A stretch of 64,000 nucleotides of DNA from Eledone cirrhosa. Taxonomy: Eukaryota. The stretch covers positions 124,930,001 to 124,994,000 of the forward strand of contig OZ024744.1 in NCBI GenBank assembly GCA_964016885.1, given 5' to 3'. Positions 11,824-22,000 of this stretch are shown here, in pieces. The number at the start of each line of letters is the position of its first letter. The first letter of the stretch is position 1. Under the pieces are notes generated by a model, which worked only from the letters and a program-made list of their open reading frames with translations, searched no databases and had not been told where the DNA came from. The position numbers and the translations under genes were made by a program.

Positions 11824-12173
11824 CCGGTTCGGGCGACGTAAAAGTCTGTAGCCTTTTCGCCGATCCTCGACGATTATCCGCCTTCCGAACAACCGCCGTC
11901 ACAGCAGTAGGTACTCGTCCGTCGTAATAGCCGTCATTTTAATGCAGGAGAAACGCCTAAATGCACTGCGATTAACGACGATCTACGACGCGCTTACTCT
12001 TCCTTGCTGCGACGAAGGTTTCGTTCGGCTTTTCGTCGTGGACCCGGTCAGGTCATGCCGCTGATCTCGCGTTGCGTCGTTACCGCTGGAGCAACGCAAA
12101 TTACTCCTCGTTTAACGCCAACATCGAACGCGCTTCGGTTCTCGGTCGTCGTTGTTTTGTTTCGTGCGGAAGA

Positions 12174-12358
12174 TACCTGGGTGATCCTGCCAGTAGTCAT
12201 ATGCTTGTCTCAAAGCTTAAGCCATGCAAGTGGAAGTTCATGCCGTAAACGAAAATGGTGAAACCGCGAATGGCTCAGGAACCGGATCTAATCCTCGGGA
12301 CCGTATTCCTCACCGCGAGGAGAGGATAACTGTGGCAATTCTAGAGCTAATACATGCA
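12174..12358 (+). pseudogene. 18S rRNA 5' end fragment
   Basis: tacctgggtgatcctgccagtagtcatatgcttgtctcaaag..taagccatgca...gaaaccgcgaatggctca...ggataactgtggcaattctagagctaatacatgc is the canonical 18S start, truncated after ~185 nt. Confidence 0.93.
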
Positions 12359-12364
12359 ATTGAG

Positions 12365-15300
12365 ATCGGAGAGGGAGCGATCCGTCTGCTTGATTCCGAT
12401 AACGAACGAGACATTCGTATCCGAAAGAACGTTTGTCTGGAAACTGGTGCAGTCAGTGAGTCGAAAAAAAAATATCTCGGTGGTAGTAGCAAATATTCGT
12501 ATGCGAAAGAAAAGATCTCGGTGGTAGTAGCAAATATTCGAACGAGACATTCGTAGGCGAAAGAAAAATATCTCGGTGGTAGTAGCAAATATTCGAACGA
12601 GACATTCGTATGCGAAAGAACGTTTGTCGGTGGTAGTAGCAAATATTCGAACGAGACATTCGTATGCGAAAGAACGTTTGTCGGTGGTAGTAGCAAATAT
12701 TCGAACGAGACATTCGTATGCGAAAGAACGTTTGTCTGGAAGTGGCGATCCATGCCCGGTGGATAGTTGGTTCCGGGTTTTACTATGATTGTTGCAAAAC
12801 AGAAACTTAAAGGGATTGACAGAATTTGCGATTCCGGAGAGGGGGCGATCCGTCTGCTTGATTCCGATAACGAACGAGACATTCGTATCCGAAAGAACGT
12901 TTGTCTGGAAACTGGTGAGTCAGTGAGTCGAAAAAAAAAATATCTCGGTGGTAGTAGCAAATATTCGAACGAGACATTCGTATGCGAAAGAACGTTTGTC
13001 GGTGGTAGTAGCAAATATTCGAACGAGACATTCGTATGCGAAAGAACGTTTGTCGGTGGTAGTAGCAAATATTCGAACGAGACATTCGTATGCGAAAGAA
13101 CGTTTGTCGGTGGTAGTAGCAAATATTCGAACGAGACATTCGTATGCGAAAGAACGTTTGTCGGTGGTAGTAGCAAATATTCGAACGAGACATTCGTATG
13201 CGAAAGAACGTTTGTCTGGAAGTGGCGATCCATGCCCGGTGGATAGTTGGTTCCGGGTTTTACTATGATTGTTGCAAAACAGAAACTTAAAGGGATTGAC
13301 AGAATTTGCGATTCCGGAGAGGGGGCGATCCGTCTGCTTGATTCCGATAACGAACGAGACATTCGTATCCGAAAGAACGTTTGTCTGGAAACTGGTGAGT
13401 CAGTGAGTCGAAAAAAAAAATATCTCGGTGGTAGTAGCAAATATTCGAACGAGACATTCGTATGCGAAAGAAAAATATCTCGGTGGTAGTAGCAAATATT
13501 CGAACGAGACATTCGTATGCGAAAGAACGTTTGTCTGGAAGTGGCGATCCATGCCCGGTGGATAGTTGGTTCCGGGTTTTACTATGATTGTTGCAAAACA
13601 GAAACTTAAAGGGATTGACAGAATTTGCGATTCCGGAGAGGGGGCGATCCGTCTGCTTGATTCCGATAACGAACGAGACATTCGTATCCGAAAGAACGTT
13701 TGTCTGGAAACTGGTGAGTCAGTGAGTCGAAAAAAAAATATCTCGGTGGTAGTAGCAAATATTCGAACGAGACATTCGTATGCGAAAGAAAAATATCTCG
13801 GTGGTAGTAGCAAATATTCGAACGAGACATTCGTATGCGAAAGAACGTTTGTCTGGAAGTGGCGATCCATGCCCGGTGGATAGTTGGTTCCGGGTTTTAC
13901 TATGATTGTTGCAAAACAGAAACTTAAAGGGATTGACAGGATTTGCGATTCCGGAGAGGGGGCGATCCGTCTGCTTGATTCCGATAACGAACGAGACATT
14001 CGTATCCGAAAGAACGTTTGTCTGGAAACTGGTGAGTCAGTGAGTCGAAAAAAAAATATCTCGGTGGTAGTAGCAAATATTCGTATGCGAAAGAAAAGAT
14101 CTCGGTGGTAGTAGCAAATATTCGAACGAGACATTCGTAGGCGAAAGAAAAATATCTCGGTGGTAGTAGCAAATATTCGAACGAGACATTCGTATTCGAA
14201 AGAACGTTTGTCTGGAAGTTGCGATCCATGCCCGGTGGATAGTTGGTTCCGGGCTTTACTATGATTGTTGCAAAACAGAAACTTAAAGGGATTGACAGAA
14301 TTTGCGATTCCGGAGAGGGGGCGATCCGTCTGCTTGATTTCGATAACGAACGAGACATTCGTATCCGAAAGAACGTTTGTCTGGAAACTGGTGAGTCAGT
14401 GAGTCGAAAAAAAAAATATCTCGGTGGTAGTAGCAAATATTCGAACGAGACATTCGTATGCGAAAGAACGTTTGTCGGTGGTAGTAGCAAATATTCGAAC
14501 GAGACATTCGTATGCGAAAGAACGTTTGTCGGTGGTAGTAGCAAATATTCGAACGAGACATTCGTATGCGAAAGAACGTTTGTCTGGAAGTGGCGATCCA
14601 TGCCCGGTGGATAGTTGGTTCCGGGTTTTACTATGATTGTTGCAAAACAGAAACTTAAAGGGATTGACAGAATTTGCGATTCCAGAGAGAGGGCGATCCG
14701 TCTGCTTGATTCCGATAACGAACGAGACATTCGTATCCGAAAGAACGTTTGTCTGGAAACTGGTGAGTCAGTGAGTCGAAAAAAAAATATCTCGGTGGTA
14801 GTAGCAAATATTCGAACGAGACATTCGTATGCGAAAGAACGTTTGTCGGTGGTAGTAGCAAATATTCGAACGAGACATTCGTATGCGAAAGAACGTTTGT
14901 CTGGAAGTGGCGATCCATGCCCGGTGGATAGTTGGTTCCGGGTTTTACTATGATTGTTGCAAAACAGAAACTTAAAGGGATTGACAGAATTTGCGATTCC
15001 GGAGAGGGGGCGATCCGTCTGCTTGATTCCGATAACGAACGAGACATTCGTATCCGAAAGAACGTTTGTCTGGAAACTGGTGAGTCAGTGAGTCGAAAAA
15101 AAAAATATCTCGGTGGTAGTAGCAAATATTCGAACGAGACATTCGTATGCGAAAGAACGTTTGTCGGTGGTAGTAGCAAATATTCGAACGAGACATTCGT
15201 ATGCGAAAGAACGTTTGTCTGGAAGTGGCGATCCATGCCCGGTGGATAGTTGGTTCCGGGTTTTACTATGATTGTTGCAAAACAGAAACTTAAAGGGATT

Positions 15301-16980
15301 GACAGAATTTGCGATTCCGGAGAGGGGGCGATCCGTCTGCTTGATTCCGATAACGAACGAGACATTCGTATCCGAAAGAACGTTTGTCTGGAAACTGGTG
15401 AGTCAGTGAGTCGAAAAAAAAATATCTCGGTGGTAGTAGCAAATATTCGAACGAGACATTCGTATGCGAAAGAAAAATATCTCGGTGGTAGTAGCAAATA
15501 TTCGAACGAGACATTCGTATGCGAAAGAACGTTTGTCTGGAAGTGGCGATCCATGCCCGGTGGATAGTTGGTTCCGGGTTTTACTATGATTGTTGCAAAA
15601 CAGAAACTTAAAGGGATTGACAGGATTTGCGATTCCGGAGAGGGGGCGATCCGTCTGCTTGATTCCGATAACGAACGAGACATTCGTATCCGAAAGAACG
15701 TTTGTCTGGAAACTGGTGAGTCAGTGAGTCGAAAAAAAAATATCTCGGTGGTAGTAGCAAATATTCGTATGCGAAAGAAAAGATCTCGGTGGTAGTAGCA
15801 AATATTCGAACGAGACATTCGTAGGCGAAAGAAAAATATCTCGGTGGTAGTAGCAAATATTCGAACGAGACATTCGTATTCGAAAGAACGTTTGTCTGGA
15901 AGTTGCGATCCATGCCCGGTGGATAGTTGGTTCCGGGCTTTACTATGATTGTTGCAAAACAGAAACTTAAAGGGATTGACAGAATTTGCGATTCCGGAGA
16001 GGGGGCGATCCGTCTGCTTGATTTCGATAACGAACGAGACATTCGTATCCGAAAGAACGTTTGTCTGGAAACTGGTGAGTCAGTGAGTCGAAAAAAAAAA
16101 TATCTCGGTGGTAGTAGCAAATATTCGAACGAGACATTCGTATGCGAAAGAACGTTTGTCGGTGGTAGTAGCAAATATTCGAACGAGACATTCGTATGCG
16201 AAAGAACGTTTGTCGGTGGTAGTAGCAAATATTCGAACGAGACATTCGTATGCGAAAGAACGTTTGTCTGGAAGTGGCGATCCATGCCCGGTGGATAGTT
16301 GGTTCCGGGTTTTACTATGATTGTTGCAAAACAGAAACTTAAAGGGATTGACAGAATTTGCGATTCCAGAGAGAGGGCGATCCGTCTGCTTGATTCCGAT
16401 AACGAACGAGACATTCGTATCCGAAAGAACGTTTGTCTGGAAACTGGTGAGTCAGTGAGTCGAAAAAAAAATATCTCGGTGGTAGTAGCAAATATTCGAA
16501 CGAGACATTCGTATGCGAAAGAACGTTTGTCTGGAAGTGGCGATCCATGCTCGGTGGATAGTTGGTTCCGGGTTTTACTATGATTGTTGCAAAACAGAAA
16601 CTTAAAGGGATTGACAGAATTTGCGATTCCGGAGAGGGGGCGATCCGTCTGCTTGATTCCGATAACGAACGAGACATTCGTATCCGAAAGAACGTTTGTC
16701 TGGAAACTGGTGAGTCAGTGAGTCGAAAAAAAAATATCTCGGTGGTAGTAGCAAATATTCGTATGCGAAAGAAAAGATCTCGGTGGTAGTAGCAAATATT
16801 CGAACGAGACATTCGTATGCGAAAGAAAAATATCTCGGTGGTAGTAGCAAATATTCGAACGAGACATTCGTATTCGAAAGAACGTTTGTCTGGAAGTTGC
16901 GATCCATGCCCGGTGGATAGTTGGTTCCGGGCTTTACTATGATTGTTGCAAAACAGAAACTTAAAGGAATTGACAGAATT
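12365..16980 (+). repeat. Tandem array of scrambled 18S/28S rRNA fragments (263 bp + n x 54 bp; ~13 units)
   Basis: Contains the 18S motifs gaaacttaaaggrattgac, gattccggagaggg and ttccgataacgaacgagac, and the 28S motif gatctcggtggtagtagcaaatattcgaacgaga. Confidence 0.92.
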
Positions 16981-16984
16981 TTCG

Positions 16985-17372
16985 AATCGACATCAACTCG
17001 GCTACGGCTATCCCGTCGAGTACGAGAGTATCGCGGGATCAGAGCAACGGTTTGCTAGGCTGCCTCTGAGCGATAACGGCTGAACGCCTCCTCTAAGCCG
17101 GAACCCTAGCCGGACCCGAGTTGTTTTTCGACAAGCGTCTCGACCTTCTTAAGGCCCATGCCTTAGTTTGGCGATTGCCGTCCGTTCGCCGACGGCGGCA
17201 GCGTCAGCGGAAATGCCATTCTGTGACGACTACGACGATTCGTCGTCGTCGTCGTCCATTCGATTTCCTGAAAGAGATAGAGACTAAAGTGATCAAATTG
17301 TTCGGAGTTACGTGCTTAGTAGAGCAGCTACCACACTGCAATCTATTGAGAGTTTTCTGACGAACGATACAA
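16985..17372 (+). pseudogene. 28S rRNA 3' end fragment (diverged)
   Basis: agtacgagag (sarcin-ricin loop core), ctgaacgcctc..ctaag and tagtagagcagct...ctgcaatctattga match the 3' domain of 28S. Confidence 0.82.
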
Positions 17373-17750
17373 TCCGCCCACGTGGCGCCAGAAAGGGAGA
17401 AGAAAAGAAAAGTTAGACGCCGCCGATCGATCGGTTCGTTGTTTTACGTGTACACAGCTTGTGTGTGTGTCTGTATGTGATACAAGCCGCCTATCCGTCT
17501 TCCAAGTAAGTTTTGTGTGTAGACTGCGGAAAGAAATCCAATCCGCCGTCTAGGCGGTTCTGCCGCCGACCCATACTTTTGCGAGTCGCTCCCGGGAAAG
17601 ACAGGCGGCAAGACGGCGTGTATACACGACGCCTTCCGTCTTCCGCCTCGAACCCGGCAAACGTTCCTTTATTCGTCCACGCCTTCCCGCTTCGATCGCG
17701 AGAAAGTAATCAATCTGTTTTGTGTGTGTGTCTGTGTGTGATACAAATTT
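17373..17750 (+). other. Putative 3'ETS/IGS-derived GC-rich sequence
   Basis: Follows the 28S 3' end and is CpG-rich; repeated tgtgtgtgtctgt.tgtgatacaa at ~17460 and ~17720. Confidence 0.45.
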
Positions 17751-18089
17751 GTTTTCTTAATTTGATAACCATGAATTGTTTCAACACCGGCCCTTTTAAG
17801 GGCCACTTATATTTTCAATAATCAGTTTAAATGGGTTGCACCGTAGCCACTTGGTAATACACTGCAAATCTCCCGTCAATCTATGAAGGTTTTGTAGTAG
17901 ATTAGATCAAAACACAATCAGCAAGACAGTAATGGAATGAATAATATAAACATTTGTTTATAATTAAAGCCTTAAGATGTCCCTCCCTCCCTCCCTTCCT
18001 CCCTTCCTTCCTTCCTTCCTTCCTTCCTTACGATATACACTTTAATAACATTGAAACTTATTTAATAAGTTTAAATTTTAAACACTTTT

Positions 18090-18228
18090 TATTCAGACGT
18101 ACCGCGATAAGTAACTAGATATGTTCTAACGAATAATCCGCGATGTGGCGAGGATTACCGCGATAGGAAATTAGATACGTTCCAAAGAAATATCCGCGAA
18201 AAGTGAACCGCGATATAGCGGGTTCACC
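18090..18228. mobile_element. Probable Tigger/pogo-like MITE end
   Basis: Repeated ccgcga motifs ending gtgaaccgcgatatagcgggttcac. Confidence 0.4.
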
Positions 18229-18384
18229 ACCAGTGTATTACTGGTACTTTATTTTATCGACCCCCATAAGGATGAAAGGCAAAGTTAACTGTGCAATAAC
18301 AAAGGGAGATAACCTCGTCTTTTTTTTTTTACGGAGTTATTTCCCTTTAAATTTTATCTATTACTTATGATGATACAATTTAAT

Positions 18385-18515
18385 CAGTTCTTAGCTGTCG
18401 AGACACTGCATCCTTTAAAACCTCCATGGAACAAGCTACCTGCAACAGTTGTTAGCTGTCGAGACACTGCATCTTTTAAAACCTCCATGGAACAAACTAC
18501 CTGCATCAGTTGTTA
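18385..18515 (+). repeat. Two tandem 61-bp copies of a CR1 ORF2 3'-end fragment
   Basis: ttagctgtcgagacactgcatc..taaaac..catggaacaa.ctacctgc matches the reverse complement of 33660-33720. Flanked by SINE cores at 18230-18290 (-) and 18517-18575 (+). Confidence 0.75.
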
Positions 18516-18784
18516 GGGTCTGAGTTCAAATCACGCCGAGGAGGTTAACTTTGCCTTTCATCCTTACGGGGTCGGTCGGAAAACGAACCATTCCCGGTTC
18601 GCTTTCGAAGCGGGTTTCCGAAAACAGCGCTTCTCTCGACCGGGCCCGTCGTCCGCTCGGCGGTGGTTTTCATCGTCCCAGGCACGGCTAACAGGCGGAG
18701 ACGGGACAAACGCGCGTGTTCCTTTTTTTATCAGCCGCAGCGCCGTTCGTATATATGCTTAGGTTGTTTTTTTTTTAAATATCC

Positions 18785-18999
18785 TAAGTTAAGTTGGGGC
18801 TAAGTTAAGTTGGGGCTAAGTTAAGTTGAGGTTAAGTTGAGTTGGGGTTAAGTTAAGTGGGGGTTAAGTTAAGCTGGGGTTAAGTTAAGTTGAGGTTAAG
18901 TTAAGTTGGGGTTAAGTCAAGTTGGGGTTAAGTTAAGTTGGGGTTAAGTTAGGTTGGGGTTAAGTTAGGTTGGGGTTAAGTTAGGTTGCGGTTAAGTTA
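18785..18999 (+). repeat. G-rich (GTTAAGTTAAGTTGGG)-type simple repeat, ~16-bp period
   Basis: Directly visible; copy 2 at 61333-61563 is slightly longer. Confidence 0.9.
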
Positions 19000-19000
19000 C

Positions 19001-22000
19001 ATTCGCCGCCGGACTTCAGCTTCCTCATTTAGCATGGGCAGTTTTTCTTGAAAATCACACCACACACAGCAAATGTGTGTCCGCACATGTACCAGTAATT
19101 ACAGATCGATTCCGGTGAAAATTCACTGAAAACGGGCCATCCGGCCCTGTGCGTCGATCGTGGGCCGGCCGGATGTTGACGGATCGATGTGTAATTAGAA
19201 GTACATGTGCGGACACTCATTGGCTGTGCGTGGTATGCATTTCAGCAAGATATCTCCGTAACATCAAGAGTTATGGCTGTGGAGGCACACCTAGTCAAAC
19301 GTAAACAAGGTCTGGAGCGTTTACGCTTCGCGATTTTGTTTACGTTTGACTAGGTGTGCCTCCACAGCCATAACTCTTGATGTTACGGAGATATCTTGCT
19401 GAAATGCATACCGCGCACAGCCAATGAGTGTCCGCACATGTACTTCTAATTACACATCGATCCGTCAACATCCGGCCGGCCCACGATCGACGCACAGGGC
19501 CGAATGGCCCGTTTTCAGTGAATTTTCACCGGAATCGATCTGTAATTACTGGTACATGTGCGGAGACACATTTGCTGTGTGTGGTGTGATTTTCAAGAAA
19601 AACTGCCCATGCTAAATGAGGAAGCTGAAGTCCGCCGGCGAATGGTGTGCTTCGAAGAAAACTAATTCGAAAATGACCGTTTGCAGGCGGAGTAACCTTT
19701 TCGATCGTGGGCCAGCCGCCCGTGGTGGGATCCATCTGTAATTACTGGTACATGTGCGGACATACATTTGCTGTGTGTGGTGTGATTTTCAAGAAGAACT
19801 GCCCATGCTAAATGAGGAAGCTGAAGTCCGCCGGCGAATGGTGTGCTTCGAAGAAAACTAATTCGAAAATGACCGTTTGCAGGCGGGGTAACCTTTTCGA
19901 TCGTGGGCCAGCCGCCCGTGGTGGGATCCATCTGTAATTACTGGTACATGTGCGGACACACATTTGCTGTGTGTGGTGTGATTTTCGAGAAAGACTGCCC
20001 ATGCTAAATGAGGAAGCTGAAGTCCGCCGGCGAATGGTGTGCTTCGAAGAAAACTAATTCGAAAATGACTATTTGCCGGCGGAATCACCTTTTCGGTCCT
20101 GGTCCGGCCGGATCTTGCCGGATCGATCGGAAATTTGTGGACCATGTTCGGAAGGCCATTGTGCATGTGTGGTGAAAAGAATTTGTGTCGAAATCTTCTC
20201 GGAAAATAACGGATCGCCGGCGGAGATTGCCATTTCGATCGTGGGCCGGCCGGATCTTGTCGGATCGATTCGGACATATGTGCATCGTGTTCGCAAGGCC
20301 CTTGTCTATGTGTGGTGTGATTTTCATAAAGAAATTCCGAAAAACCCAGTTTTAAATCTGATTTCGCCAAAGAATTTTGGCTATCAGATCGGGTTGAAAG
20401 GTATGGTTTCAGGTCGATCTGAAAGTCTAAAATGGAATTCACTCGGTTAGCTAACTATTGATATATCGGAGATATCTTTCTGAAAATCACACCACACACT
20501 CCCAATGAGTGTCTGCACATGTACCAGTAATTACAGATGGATCCCACCACGGGCGGCCGGCCCACGATCGAAAAGGTTACTCCGAAGCACACCATTCGCC
20601 GGCGGAATTCATTTAGCATGGGCAGTTTTTCTCGAAAATCACACCACACACAGCCAATGAGTGTCCGCACATGTACCAGTAATTACAGATGGATCCCACC
20701 ACGGGCGGCTGGCCCACGATCGAAAAGGTTACTCCGCCTGCAAACGGTCATTTTCGAATTCGTTTTCTTCGAAGCACACGATTCGCCGGCGGACTTCAGC
20801 TGCCTCATTTAGCATGGGCATTTTTTCTCGAAAATCACACCACACACAGCAAATGTGTATCCGCACATGTACCAGTAATTACAGATCGATTCCGGTGAAA
20901 ATTCACTGAAAACGGGCCATTCGGCCCTGTGCGTCGATCGTGGGCCGGCCGGATGTTGACGGATCGATGTGTAATTAGAAGTACATGTGCGGACACTCAT
21001 TGGCTGTGCGTGGTATGCATTTCAGCAAGATATCTCCGTAACATCAAGAGTTATGGCTGTGGAGGCACACCTAGTCAAACGTAAACAAGCTCTGGAGCGT
21101 ATACGCTTCGCGATTTTGTTTACGTTTGACTAGGTGTGCCTCCACAGCCACAACTCTTGATGTTACAGAGATATCTTGCTGAAATGCATACCACGCACAG
21201 CCAATGAGTGTCCGCACATGTACTTCTAATTACACATCGATCCGTCAACATCCGGCCGGCCCACGATCGACGCACAGGGCCGGATGGCCCGTTTGCAGTG
21301 AATTTTCACCGGAATCGATCTGTAATTACTGGTACATGTGCGGACACACATTTGCTGTGTGTGGTGTGATTTTCACGAAAAACTGCCCATGCTAAATGAG
21401 GAAGCTGAAGTCCGCCGGCGAATGGTGTGCTTCGAAGAAAACTAATTCGAAAATGACCGTTTGCAGGCGGAGTAACCTTTTCGATCGTGGGCCAGCCGCC
21501 CGTGGTGGGATACATCTGTAATTACTGGTACATGTGCGGACACACATTTGCTGTGTGTGGTGTGATTTTCGAGAAAGACTGCCCATGCTAAATGAGGAAG
21601 CTGAAGTCCGCCGGCGAATGGTGTGCTTCGAAGAAAACTAATTCGAAAATGACTATTTGCCGGCGGAATCACCTTTTCGGTCCTGGTCCGGCCGGATCTT
21701 GCCGGATCGATCGGAAATTTGTGGACCATGTTCGGAAGGCCATTGTGCATGTGTGGTGAAAAAAATTTGTGTCGAAATCTTCTCGGAAAATAACGGATCG
21801 CCGGCGGAGATTGCCATTTCGATCGTGGGCCGGCCGGATCTTGTCGGATCGATTCGGACATATGTGCATCGTGTTCGCAAGGCCCTTGTCTATGTGTGGT
21901 GTGATTTTCATAAAGAAATTCCGAAAAACCCAGTTTTAAATCTGATTTCGCCAAAGAATTTTGGCTATCAGATCGGGTTGAAAGGTATGGTTTCAGGTCG

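Noticed and set aside
12365-16980. CRISPR-like array, or protein-coding repeats (ORFs up to ~400 aa)
   Set aside because: There are no unique spacers and no cas genes, and the context is eukaryotic. The ORFs arise from 54-bp periodicity and shift frame with poly-A length.
12174-17372. Functional 45S rRNA gene
   Set aside because: Only ~185 nt of contiguous 18S and ~390 nt of diverged 28S are present; no 5.8S is recognisable, and universally conserved positions are substituted.
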